From assembly GCA_965287045.1 (NCBI GenBank), contig OZ336874.1, forward strand, positions 90,024,001 through 90,088,000: DNA of 64,000 nt, given 5' to 3'. Origin of the DNA: Carcharhinus amblyrhynchos. Its lineage: Eukaryota. The position numbers and the translations under genes were made by a program. Each line of letters starts with the position of its first letter. Position 1 is the first letter of the stretch. Of this stretch, positions 24,449 through 36,849 are shown one piece after another. The notes under the pieces are model-generated. The model searched no databases and had not been told where the DNA came from. It worked only from the letters and a program-made list of their open reading frames with translations.

Positions 24449-27371
24449 TATGGAGCGGGGGTGGAGGGGAGACAGGTAACTCAGTAGGCACTGGGATTGG
24501 GAGTGAGTTGGGTGACAGGGTAAGTCTAGATGATAGGAAAATCTCCCAGGAGAAGAAAGATCCAAGTGGGCCTGAGGGTCTTCAGTGCATCTGTTTTAAT
24601 GCGAGGAGTGTGACAGGTGAGACGGATGAACTTAAGACCTTAGTGTTCGCAAGGAATTTGGATGTGGTGGCAGTGACGGAGACGTGGTTAAAGGAAGGGC
24701 AGAACTGGCAGCTAAATACTCCTCAGTATAAGTGTTTAAGGCATGACAGGGGAGGGTTGAAAAGAGGAGGGGGAGTGGCGCTGTTAGTTAGGGAGCACAT
24801 CACAGCGGTGCAGAGGGAGGACAATATAGAGGGGTTAGGAATTGAGTCTCTGTGGGTGGAGTTGAGGAATAGGAAAGGAGCGATTACTATGCTAGGGGTG
24901 TACTACAGACCACCCGACAGCCGCAGACAGTGGAAGAGGGTATATGTAGAGACATTTTGGGTAAGTGTAGGAAGAACAGGGTTGTTGTAGTGGGAGATTT
25001 TAATCTCCCTGGGGTGGATTGGAAGGTGCCTAGAGCTGAGGGTTCGGACGGGGAGGAATTCGTAAGATGTGTATTGGAAGGGTCCTTGGAGCAGTGTGTA
25101 GACAGCCCGACTAGAGAGGGGGCTATACTGGATTTAGTTCTGGGCAATGAGCTGGGTCACGTGGTTGAGGTTGCAGTAGGTGAACATGTGGCTAATAGTG
25201 ACCACAACTCTGTCTACTTTAGGATACTAATGGAAAAAGATGAGTGCTGTCCTAAGGGGAGGGTGCTAAATTGGGGGAAAGCTAGATACAACTGGATTAG
25301 GCAGGAGCTTAGGGGTACAGACTGGGATAGGCTGTTGGAGGGCAAGCCCACGTTAGGTACGTGGGAGTCTTTCAAGGGAAAACTGAAATGGGTGCAGGAA
25401 AGGCATGTGCCGGTTAGGAGGAAGGATGGGAAAGGTAGGATTAGAGAGCCGTGGATTACTAGAGATATTGAGGACCTGGTCAGGAAGAAATGAAAGGCGT
25501 ATGTTAGGTCTAAACAACTGGGAACGGAGAGAGCGTTAGAGGAATACAGAGAGAGTAGGAGGGATCTCAAAAGTGAAGTAAGGAGGGCAAAAAGGGAGCA
25601 TGAAATGGCTTTGGCAGGTAGGATTAAGGAAAATCCAAAGGCGTTTTACTCCTATGTTAGGAACAAAAGGGTGGCCAGGGGAAAAATCGGTCCCCTCAGG
25701 GACAGAGGAAGGGAATTGTGCTTAGAGTCCGGGGGAATGGGGGAGATCCTGAATGAATACTTTGCATCGGTATTCACGAAGGACAGGGGCTTGATGTCTG
25801 GTACAGTCTTCGAGGGAGCTTTAGACCAATTGAAGGAACTATTGATTACGAGGAAAGAGGTGTTAGGGCTTTTAGGTAGCATTAAAACTGATAAATCTCC
25901 GGGGCCTGATGGCATTTATCCTAGGCTGCTTAGGGAGGCGAGAGATGAAATTGCTGGGCCTCTGACGCAAATCTTTGTCTCTTCTTTGGACACAAGTGAG
26001 GTCCCAGAGGACTGGAGGATAGCGAACATGGTACCGTTGTTTAAAAAGGGTAGGAGGAATAACCCGGGTAACTATAGGCCGGTGAGTTTGACGTCAGTGG
26101 TAGGCAAGTTGATGGAGAGGATTCTTAGGGATAGGATGTATGAGCACTTAGAGCGTTGCGATCCAATTAAGGATACGCAGCATGGCTTTGTAACAGGGAA
26201 GTCTTGCCTTACGAATCTGGTAGAATTTTTTGAGGAGGTGACAAAAACGATTGACAAAGGATGAGCTGTTGATGTCGTCTATATGGATTTCAGTAAGGCG
26301 TTTGACAAAGTCCCTCACGGTAGGTTGGTAGAAAAGCTTAAGGCTCATGGGATACAAGGCCAGGTATCTAGATGGGTTGAGAACTGGCTTGCTAAGAGGA
26401 GACAGAGAGTAGTAATGGAGGGGTCATTTTCTAGCTGGAGGTCTGTCACTAGTGGTGTGCCGCAGGGCTCAGTACTGGGATCTCTTCTCTTTATGGTATA
26501 AATAAATGACTTGGAAGAGGGAGTAAGTGGTGTGATCAGCAAATTTGCAGATGACACTAAGATAGCTGGACTGGCGGGCAGTGAGGAGCAGTGTCTGGCA
26601 ATACAACGGGATATTGATAGGCTGGTATATTGGGCAGATATATGGCAAATGGAGTTTAATACGGATAAATGTGAGGTGATGCATTTTGGCTGGAATAATG
26701 TAGGGGGGAGTTATATGATAAAGGGTAAGCCTATAAAGAGAATAGAAACGCAGCGGGACCTGGGGGTGCAAGTGCACAAGTCTTTGAAGGTGGCAGTACA
26801 AGTGGAGAAGGTTATGAAGAAAGCTTATGGTATGTTAGCCTTTATAGGAAGGGGTATAGAATATAAGAGCTGGAGTCTAATGTTGCAGTTGTATAGAATG
26901 TTGGTTAGGCCGCATTTAGAGTGCTGCGTCCAGTTCTGGTCGCCTTACTACCGGAAGGACGTTGAGACTCTGGAGAGAGTGCAGAGGAGGTTTACCAGGA
27001 TGTTGCCTGGTATGGAAGGACTGGGTTATAAGGAAAGATTGAGCAAGTTGGGGCTGCTTTCCCTTGAAAGACGGCGACTGAGGGGGTATCTAATAGAGGT
27101 ATATAAGATTATGAAGGGTATAGATAGAGTAAACAGTGGTAAGCTATTTCCTATGTTAGAAACGCACAGTACGAGGGGCCACGGGCTTAGGGTGAGGGGG
27201 GAGAGGTATAACACAGATATTAGAGGGAGGTTTTTCACACAGAGGGTAGTGGGTGTATGGAATGCTCTGCCAAGTAAGGTGGTGGAGGCAGGCACGCTGG
27301 AGTTGTTTAAGAGTAACTTAGACAGGCACATGAGTGGGTTAGAGATGGGAGAATATAGGAGATTGTTTTAA
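24439..27371 (+). pseudogene. CR1 ORF2: APE endonuclease plus reverse transcriptase (one frameshift near 24930; stops ending at 25493, 26264, 26501)
   Basis: NARS, VTETWL, GGGVAL, YYRPP, GDFN, LDLVL, SDH; SPGPDGI, NYRPVSLTS, DFSKAFDKVPH, GVPQGSVLG, FADDTK. Confidence 0.95.
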
Positions 27372-27912
27372 ATAAGATTCATTAGCACTGGGACGTCCCT
27401 GGTAATGTAAAAGGATGTGGTATGATACTAATGTTTTTCTCTTTTAATTCACAGGTTTTAAGTCGGTCCGCCTTGTTGTCCAACGAAGGGCATACACGCG
27501 ATGGGTCATACTTGGGCTGCTGTTGAATGTTTGAGAGTAGCCTAGTGCTTCATGTCATTAGTGTGTGCTTAACTGGACCAGACGCTGGGCAACACGACAG
27601 CTCAGTAACTATCACTGTTTGCTGTGCAGACACATGGATTTGGGCCAGTCTCTGTGGGAGTTTGCGCATTCTCCCCGTGCTTGCGTGTGTTTTCTCCGGG
27701 TGCTCCGGTTTCCTCCCACACCCCAAAGATGTACTATTAGGCTGATTGGAGGTAATAAATTGTCCCTAAATTAGTTTCCCTCAATGTGGAATGCCATAAA
27801 CAATAGATAAGGGTCATGGGTGGAGGGGGGGGACTGGTAATGTTAAAATGGTGGCGCGAGCTCGTTCGGCCAAAGGGCCTGTTTCCCGGGCTGTTTTCGT
27901 TCTTTGTTCTTT

Positions 27913-27992
27913 GACTAGGGGAATTTCACAGTAACTTCACTGCAGTGTTAATGTAAGCTTTACTTGTGATTAATAAATCTACTTTACTTATT
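27913..27992 (+). mobile_element. V-SINE 3' tail (continuation of 23004-23199)
   Basis: GACTAGGGGAATTTCACAGTAACTTCACTGCAGTGTTAATGTAAGC..TAATAAA. Confidence 0.85.
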
Positions 27993-29099
27993 TAGAGATG
28001 AAGAATTTGAAACAGAATTAAGAACAGTCTGAATGGTTGGTTTAGTAGATTGCAGGCCTCATAATTTGAAGAACTGCTGCTGTAAGTGTTGAGACTATAA
28101 GTTTTTTCTATTATTTATCCATGCCTTTCCTGAACTAAATGTAAGCTGACAGAAACCTGTAAAAGTAACTCATGAATAAAATATGGGTTAAAATAGCTGT
28201 CACGCATTATGCTATGGAAGTCACATATTCATCATTCTCAACACGCAAACAGGATGTTTTGTTAATTCACAGGCAGATCATCTCTCCAAAATGATGACAT
28301 CATCTACATGTTGCTGTTTCCATAGAGTCAGTTTTCCATTCACTTTAATGTGATTGCAGCTATTTAAAATCAGACAAAATGCTTCTTAATTTCTTCTGGA
28401 ATTAGATTTGAGCAAAATAAAAAAAATACAAAAAACTGGAAATCTGAAATAAAAACAAAACATGTTGGAAATCAGTTTGGGAAAGGAGAAAATATTCTTC
28501 AAAACACTCCCAGGAGGCCTCAAGTCCATAAACATCTTTTAATTACACCACAGCTTTGTTTCCAGAAGGAAAATCATGAATGTCACAATAATATTTCTCT
28601 CAGCAATTTTAGAAATGGTCTGATACTTTTGGTCGAACTTGTGAAATCTTAAAACTTTAGTCTTTAATCTTTATTGGAAATGGGTGCTAAGACTTAGGAT
28701 GTTGCCACTCACTAGCAATCATCCCTTCAACATGGTTCTTGGCTGCTGTGTTGACAATCTCCTTACAATTTACTCCTATTATTGCATTCCTCCTCTGTCA
28801 TTACTAATTTCAATCCGTTATGTACACTTCCCTCCAATAGAAAGGGACCGGGACGATTGGTACTGGGTGCAGAACTGATTTTTATGCCCGTGCATTATTT
28901 TCCGGGATCAGTGCGATCCGCGTCAGACATGGCAAGATCAGAAAGTTGCCCCTGAGATATATATGTTAGCTCATATTCCATGATTGGGCAGCATTTGTTA
29001 AACAATCTTGAGTACATGAACAGCCAAAGTGAAAAACAATTTAAGATGATCAGTTGAGCTCATGATGTGGTTAATTTATACTTCTGGAGTTGAAGACCT

Positions 29100-29750
29100 G
29101 GGCCAGATTTTATCATTTGGAGGCTAAGTGCCAGATCCGGATGTAAAACGGATCCGAGCCCGGAATCCCCGTTCGAGCGCACCCATACACTTTTTGCCAG
29201 CTCTGGTCTGGTCTGCGCTTGGGGTGGGGCTTAGCGCTGCCAGAATGATCGGAGCTCTGAACTGCGCATGTGCAGTTCGAAAAAAACTGAAACAGCATGC
29301 CTGCCTGCGAAAGACAAAAAGAGAGAGAGCTGGGGTGGGGGAGATGGCAGGGGAGGATAAGCTGCGATCGGAACCCCTGGGAGGCAGCCCCCCTGCCCCC
29401 CCGCACCCCCCCTCCCCCCCGGATCAGACCCTCCCCCCCTCCCCCCCGGGAGGCAGCCCTCCTGTCCCCCACAATCAGACACGCCTCCCCCCCCAACCCC
29501 GGGAGACAGCCCCCCTGGCAGACCCCAGCCCCACGATCAGACACCCCTTGGAGGCAGGACCCCCCCCCCCAGGATCAGACCCTCCCGGGAGGCAGGCTGC
29601 CCCCCCCCCCCCCACCCCCGGCCCCCTGCGATCAGACCCCCCTCCCACCGGTCAGACTCCCCCTAGGGAGGTAGGGCCCCCCTCGGCAGAGCACACCCCC
29701 AACCTACCTGGATTGCTGCTGTCCCTCCACCATCCTTCTGACCTGCACTC
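29100..29750. mobile_element. Harbinger-type MITE fragment with a C-rich minisatellite
   Basis: TIR-like GGGCCAGATTTTATCA; GGGGTGGGGCTTAGCG..ACTGCGCATGTGCAG block mirrors 15570-15650; repeated GATCAGACCC units. Confidence 0.6.
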
Positions 29751-29861
29751 GTTGATGTGGAGATGCCGGCGTTGGACTGGGGTCAACACAGTAAGAAGTC
29801 TCACAACATCAGGTTAAAGTCCTGATGAAGTTTAACCTGGTGTTGTGAGACTTCTTACTGT
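29751..29861. repeat. Penelope-type terminal repeat remnant forming a 31-bp inverted repeat
   Basis: 29788-29818 pairs with 29831-29861 (30/31); 12-nt loop; same arm sequence at 47382-47410. Confidence 0.75.
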
Positions 29862-30004
29862 AGTTGTTGGAGAGCCTGCAGCACATTCCTGGCCTTCGCT
29901 GGCGTTTGCCAGAGGAGGGACGCGGGCTCAGATGGGTCTCTGGTGGGGTGGGGTGGGGTGGTGGAGGATGCGGGGAGGATGGACTTGGGAGAATCTCCAC
30001 CGAC

Positions 30005-30600
30005 CATAAGTCCATAAGTCATCGGAGTAGAAGTAGGCCAACTGGCCTATTATTTTTGCTTTGCCATTCAATGAGATCCTGATTGATCTAATATAATCCT
30101 CAACTTCACTTCCCCGCCTTATCCCCATAACCCTTGATTCCCTTACTGATTAAAAATCTGTCGATCTCAGCTTTGAACATATTTAATGACTTAGCCTCTA
30201 CAGCTCTCTGTGGTAAAGAAGTCTACCGATTCATTATCTTCTATCAGAAGAAATTCCTCCTTGTCTATTGTTCCAGAGCAACCCATTATTCTAAGATTAT
30301 GGCCTCTGGTCCTAGACTCTCCCACAAGAGGAAACATCCTCTCAGCATTTAGCCTGTCATGTCCCCTGAGAGTTCTAAATGTCTCAATAAGGTCACTTCA
30401 TTCTTCTAAATACCCAATGTACTTAATCTCTCCTCATAAGAAAATCCCTCCATAACCTAATGAGCTTTCTCTGGACTGCCTCTAATGCCAGTATATCTTT
30501 ACTTAGAAAAGAGGACCAAAACTGTTCACAGTATTCCAGGTGTGGTCTAACTAGGGCCATATATAGTTTTAGCAAGACTTTCCTATTTTTATACTCAATT
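30005..30600 (-). mobile_element. CR1 3' fragment
   Basis: ORF 30423-30689 IEYKNRKVLLKLY.ALVRPHLEYC.QFWS; tail CCATAAGTCCATAAG. Confidence 0.85.
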
Positions 30601-30905
30601 GCAAACCCACGACCACTACCATTTAGAAGGATAGAGCAGCAGGTACCTAGGAACACCACTATCTGGAAGTTCCTCTCCAACTTACTCATAATCCTGACTT
30701 GGAAATATATAATTGTTTCTTCACTGCTGCTGGGTCACAATTCTGGAACTCCTTCCCTTGCAGCACTGTGGGTGCACCTATACCTCAGGGACTGTGGAGG
30801 TTCAAGAAGGCAGCTCACTACCACCTTCTCAAGGACAATTAGGGATGGGCAATACATGTTAGTCGAGCCAGTGACATCCAAATCCTATGTCTGAATAAAT
30901 AAAAT
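30601..30905 (+). mobile_element. CR1/L2-group LINE 3' end
   Basis: Same family as 1-160. Confidence 0.78.
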
Positions 30906-32314
30906 GCTGCAAATCTATCCCAGGCTCCAAGGACCCTGCAGCAGGGGAATTGCCCATTGGAAATTTAAAACTTCTAGGCAATTCCCACATAAATTCACAT
31001 GCCAGGAATTCCATAGTGTCCTGATGGCATGTTCAGTTGTATGTCCAGCCTCCAACAAATCTGGAGACCAGAAGCATTGGGCTGACATGTGCAAAGCTTG
31101 TGTAGAGACAAACAAAATGTGAACAGATTCGGAAGAATAGCACATTTTTTGTTCACTCGTGATAATTTTCTTTATGGAATATGTATGCAGAATAATTTGA
31201 AAATGATGGCAAATGTAAAGGGCGATGTTTGGATAACTCAGGGCTTTAGCGAGGTAACCATTTTCACATCATATGGAACAGTTCTCACTTCCCAGGAGTG
31301 TCTGGAATAGGATTTGATTGTTCTGACTCACAGGTGAGAAAGGGACCACTAACCCAAAGGCTCACTCGTTGATGAATGACTTTCAGTACATCTCCAGCAA
31401 TTTCTGTTTTTATTGTGGCCCACATTTACATGTGTTGCACTCCCACCAGTTACACAAGGACTATGTGACCTCCAAAACTGACCCCCATTAAAGTACATAG
31501 GACCAGAGGAGAACAGATCAGATTCATGGGCCCAACATAGCCCTAAGCCACTCAGGATGCTAATTGGACACTTGCCAATGCGCAAAGGATGGAAACCTCT
31601 GGGCCAATTGCTGTCTTGTTGGGACCGAGATCCCTTCCTTACCTGGGAAATTATATTTCTCTCCTGTCAGCTCTATTGCGATGAAATTGTTTATTTTCCA
31701 TAGGATTCTAATTCATATCTACCTCTGACAAGGCCAATCAGAAATTTCCAGCATAAGAACAGAATCTGCCATAGCAGTGTTTTGGTCCATTTCTGGGTCC
31801 TTCCACTCCATTACTAAAGGAATGAAAGCTGGCACGTGCTGGAAGATCCATGCAAATTCAGAGCCTATTTAAATGCCCTCTGTTCTACAGGGTGGTATCA
31901 AGCACTTAGAATGAAATTATTTATAGTTCAAAATAATGAAAAATAATAAATGAAAATGCTTTTTTTGTTCCTTCTATAAGCATCTAAATTGAATGCACAA
32001 CTTTGCTGTCTGTTTATGGAAGTTCAAGACCTTTACAATTGCAAAGTGTAGACCATGGTTGGGGGAAGCAAGATAATAGGTGAGGGCAGCAAGACGGTGG
32101 TCTGACCACCAGATTTTCCTGACTTCCAGAACCCCAGAAGGTAAAAGAAGTTAAGAAGGTTTTACAGTGCTGCATATCTGTAGCCCAGGAGGAGCAGGAG
32201 GGTATTAGATGGTAAGGCTATATGAGGGGGAATGTGGAATGGATGGGTAGAGGGTATCAGGGGAATGGGGTTTGGTGGGAAGGTGAGGGCCAGTGGGCCC
32301 AACACTCTTTCATA

Positions 32315-32465
32315 AAAATAAAAGTAAATTACTGCGGATGCTGGAATTTGAAACCAAAAGAGGAAATGCTGGAAAATCTCAGCATGTCTGGCAGAAGGTG
32401 TAAGGAAAGGAAAGAGCTGATGTTTAGAGTTCAGATGACCCTTTGTCAAAGCATTTGACAAAGGC
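32315..32465 (-). mobile_element. Penelope-like terminal repeat fragment
   Basis: ACTGCGGATGCTGGAA..TGAAAC..AAATGCTGGAAAATCTCAGCA.GTCTGGCAG; ends in a CCTTTGTCAAA/TTTGACAAAGG palindrome; relatives at 14120-14205 and 28430-28475. Confidence 0.65.
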
Positions 32466-34339
32466 CTGTCTCGATCAATCCTGCCCCCTAGTCCTGTCCC
32501 TGACAGTTGTCCCCCAGTTCTACCCTACCTGAGTGAAAATTATGCATGGGATGTTTCCCCCATGGAGACGGGTCTGCCAAATTGGGAGATTTCCCAACTC
32601 CAGCTTCCTACCAACACTTTGAAAATTGAACTCATACTTTTCCAAAAACAAAAGTTATGGTTAAAAGTGTATCAGTCTAGAAAAGCTGCATGTTATACCA
32701 GTCAAGTTCAATGTGCTGGAAACAATTTACCCTTAAATCAAGGAAATGAAGAAAATGGTTCAGTGCCTTGATCAGTAATCAGTTAGACTGTAATTAAGAA
32801 GCCTTGTGATTTGTGGGAAATGACTTATTTTTCTTTCTTCTTGAACCAAATCCTTTACTTTGAAGCCTTAAAATATCAGTTGAACCTTTGGTCAACCACA
32901 TTACTGCTGCCATCTGTATTTTGTAGCAAGACTTGATTCACAGTCCAAGCATCATTCATATGACATATGTGGAAGAATCATCTTCCCTCACCCCTGCTAA
33001 GAGAGGACTTTTATCTGCTGAGCAGCAAGCGGGTAAGAGATCTGCATTGCCTGCCCATCCAGTTGGCTAACTGTCAGCTGAATAGAGTGTACAGATGCCC
33101 CCTCTCCCACAAGAACATTTAGTTCAAGGCCATTTCATTGTTGCAGAAGATCGTTGAACCTTTTGCGTTCAGATGGGCAGCATAGTTGGTGCAGACTTGG
33201 AGGGTTGAAGGGCCTGTACATGTGCTGTAATTTTCTTTGTTTTTTGTTCTAACCAGGTACGGTCACAACATGGTGCCCACTGACCTTGGCAGGCACCTCA
33301 TTCCAGACCTTCTTAATCAGGTGTTGTGTATGTGGTGTCTGTCCCTTTAAAACAGCATGGCAGGAGAGAGTCACCTGACTTAAGAAACAGATGGGATCTC
33401 AGTGGGGGATCACCCAACTGGTGAAGTTCTCACTCTGGGAGAATCATCTAGCAACCATATAGTTAGCATCACAAAGACTGGAGCTTGGCTCAAGGGCAAC
33501 ATGGAGCTGCAACTTCTATGCCTAGTGTCTCTTCTCAATAAATACCATTTGACTTAACAAAGTCTGAATCTCTTGATGAAGCCTGAGTGCCACAATGTAA
33601 TAGGTGGCCTGGTCTTCCCATCCCTGGACAATGGGATGTTACACCTGGCACTGACCAGTTTAGACAAACATTCGTTTGAGAAATGGGGGACACTTTGCCC
33701 ACCTGACTTACCTTCCCACTTTTTATAGATTCCTGGCACTGATGACATTCCTGGAGACCACTAAAGTTCTTGGTCTTCAGCCACGCAGCACCTGAGTTAG
33801 CCTCTACCAAAACTTCTGGCAGTCTTTAGGGAGCTGCCTCTTCTCATCTTAACTCCCGCGAGTCTGTATTGGACCTGGTGCCCAATGTGTTCCCACCCCC
33901 GCCTACTCAGAGACGCAAAGGGCAGATGCATTACATGCTCAGGCAGCTTTCATTGTGTAACATTGCGTTAGCAACATGATCTTGGGCAGGAGTGGGTTTC
34001 ACATCCTCTCCCACCTACATCAACTTCATGCATGTCCCAAATATGAATTTCAGACCATGGAGTCAGTTCAGCAGGGTACAAGGGAAGCCTGGGGCATTTT
34101 GGGGCTCCTTGGAGCACTCCACTTTTTGAGTGCACAAATATAAGTTTCACACTTGGCTTACACTACTGGGTGTTCACCAGGTTTTACTTAACAGAGTGCT
34201 AGCAGCAAATGCTACACTGAATCAGCAGCGAGCTATTTCATAAGCGATGCAATGGTAGCATAGGATCCCAATATGTATGTCTTCATGAGGCTCCAGTTTT
34301 GAGTCAGGCAGGTGCCTCAATCAAGTCAAAAGAAACCAA

Positions 34340-34975
34340 ATTAAAATGAAAAATGCTGGATAAAGTCTGGTAGCATCTGTGGAGAGAGAACCACATTTGA
34401 TATGTTTAGTCCTTATGACCCTTCTAGAGACCCATTCTGTAGAAGGATCATATGCACTTGAAATGCTAACTATGTTTCTTACTCCACAGACCTGCTGAGT
34501 TTATTTGGCATTTTCTGCTTTTATTTCAGATTTCTAGCATCTGCAGTATTTTGCCTTTGCATTAAAATGGATATGAGGCAAAAAGTTAGCGTACCTCTTC
34601 CGTGCACCTAACACACCTCCTAACCGCCACCTAACACACATTCCCCACCCCTCAACCTTCAGCATTCTAAAGGGACTGTTCCTTCCATGATACCATGGTC
34701 CATTCCTCAGTCATCCCCACATCTTTCCCCATTTCACTACACCACATCATAAACATACAGAAAATGCAATACCGTTTACCTCCTCCCTTTCCACCTTCTG
34801 AGGCCCCAAAACACTCCTTCCAACTCAGTCCACAACTGTAATCCTGACCTTCCAGATACCTATCATTTTCATTTTCCATCTTTCTCCCACTCTAATATTT
34901 CTGTCCTTAGTGTCCTGCAATGATCCAACGAAGCACAACACAAACTTGAGGGAAAGTACCTTTGCTTCAATTTTC
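34340..34975 (+). mobile_element. Penelope-like element remnants: inverted terminal pair (34340-34560) and ORF C-terminal fragment
   Basis: 34350-34425 and 34435-34550 are imperfect inverted copies; GGCCCCAAAACACTCCTTCCA and AACGAAGCACAACACAAACTTGAGGGA resemble PLE GIY-YIG-region sequence. Confidence 0.55.
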
Positions 34976-36049
34976 ATTCACATTTGGGGAAAGAGTTCAG
35001 AGGCAATTTGGCATATTATTTGCACCACAGCCCAGTGTGCTGGTTTTGAGGCACTATTTTGCTCCCAGGTCATCTTCCTAGAGGTGGAATGGGGATTGAG
35101 AGGGCTGTAAGCAGCGGATAACCAATTGTCAGGAGTTAAGTGGCCTTAATTGCCCACTTAAAAAAGCTGACTGAAACTTTTTAATTGACCTGTGGGCCCC
35201 AAAGGCATCAGAAACTAGGCTAGATGCCAAGTGATAGTCTGTTGACACAGACTGGGGCTGCTGCCATACATCTTCCCTGCCTATTTATCAAAAACTGCAG
35301 CCACAACCACTCTACAGAGGCATTTCAGTTGGATTTTAACCTATATTCCTTTCAGTTTGAGGAGGTTAAAGTTGCTCCTTTGGCCTATGCTGGGAAAGTA
35401 TACATTTCTGGTCTTTAAATTCCGGGCGGGGGAGGGGGTGTGTTCACAATCTCCTTTTCTGTAATTTCTGTGGGAGACTGATAAGACTTGCCAAAGAAAC
35501 AATTTAATAGATAGAGCTCTCTGAAATATTAAACACTAGTAGAATTGGCTGTTGGGAGATGATGCCGCTAATACCCCAAAGTGGTACATCGATAGTGCAT
35601 TGTAGGGTAATAAAGATCAAACACATCTGGTATCATTTTGGCATGGTGCAATAGTATGAAGAGTGTGATTGGAATCAGAAGCCTATGTTACAGTTCTCTG
35701 AACTTGTATTTTCATTAATTTGAATGGAAGTAAAAGTTAGGCATGATTTAAAACTGGCTGTTGATTCGCTATCAATCATTTGATACTACTACTCAAAATC
35801 TACCCTACTGCCTCACAAGTTTACAACACAAATGTACCTAACTATCTGAAGTCTGTAAAATAGTCAGCTGAGGTACTTGCATGATGAGTCAAACCAGCAC
35901 ATTTTTGAATTCCGGCTTTGTCTGAAATATTACTTTTAACAGGTGTATTTAGAATTTGTTTTCAGCTGTACTGCTTAGAAAGCATTCTACAAGTTGCATT
36001 TCAATAGTTTCAGCAAAAGGTCTCTTTCCCTTCCCACCATTCTATTATG

Positions 36050-36290
36050 GGGCCCTTATCCTGGAACTCCCAGTGTATATTTCCATATATGTCCTTATAA
36101 AGTAGACAGAACAGGAACAGGAGGAAGAGGAAATGATGGAGGAAACGCAGCACAATCTACATCAAAAGAGAAGGCAAAGAACAAATACCCTTCCACCAGT
36201 CCACACATGACACTGCTTCCTGAAGAATATCCGAGAAAAGGACTGCTTAAGGAGACAAGAGTTCCGTAAGGAGGGCATAGAGGTATTGTG
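36050..36290 (+). pseudogene. Harbinger transposase N-terminal fragment
   Basis: Acidic stretch followed by DCLRRQEFRKEGIE (cf. CLRRLRFRKE). Confidence 0.45.
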
Positions 36291-36849
36291 TTTCATTGAG
36301 GTTACTGAAAAAATAGGCATAGCTTAGACATTATGGGGGAGAATTTGGGCTGTGTACCCTATCCCCAAATTTTGAGGCTGCTTAAATTATGTAAATTGTC
36401 CCCATGCACACACTTCCGATATGTGCAAATACAAATTTGATACACATATGATTGCGTTTTTGCAAACCTTTTACAAATATGTGTCCATAAGCTGTTTACT
36501 AGCATAGTCCTAACAAATTTCAGCAGCATGTAGAGCAAGTAAAACATGATGTTTATCAGTGTATAACAAGTTTCACACCTCTCTTCACCTTGCATAGCTG
36601 GACTTGATGTTAAACAGTATGAAGGATCCACAAACAATGCTAATTAAAGGGGTCAGGAACTAGATACAAGTTAGTTGCTAGATTATTTCCTCGGCTGTTG
36701 CTGCAATTCTATGTGTTTTGAGTACTTTCCACTACGTACTTGCTAAAAATTTCAATAGTACAGGATATGTTCTGGCTGAATCACTTTTTAGGTAACTTAA
36801 GGCTTGCGAACACACAGTTGCTTCCAGATATAGGAGACCTAGTAGGGCT

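Larger units (their letters stand above)
23200..27912 (+). mobile_element. Full-length CR1-clade LINE (4713 bp)
   Basis: GACT TSD at 23196-23199 and 27913-27916 inside a split SINE; 5' UTR, ORF1, ORF2 and (TTCTTTG)n tail all present. Confidence 0.95.

Noticed and set aside
29113-29817. 229-aa proline-rich ORF and overlapping ORFs
   Set aside because: By-product of a C-rich minisatellite inside a MITE; the same applies to ORFs at 3289-4041, 15030-15455 and 51282-52152.
33322-33600. Possible solo LTR
   Set aside because: TG start and AATAAA are present, but no clear 3' end or TSD could be fixed.
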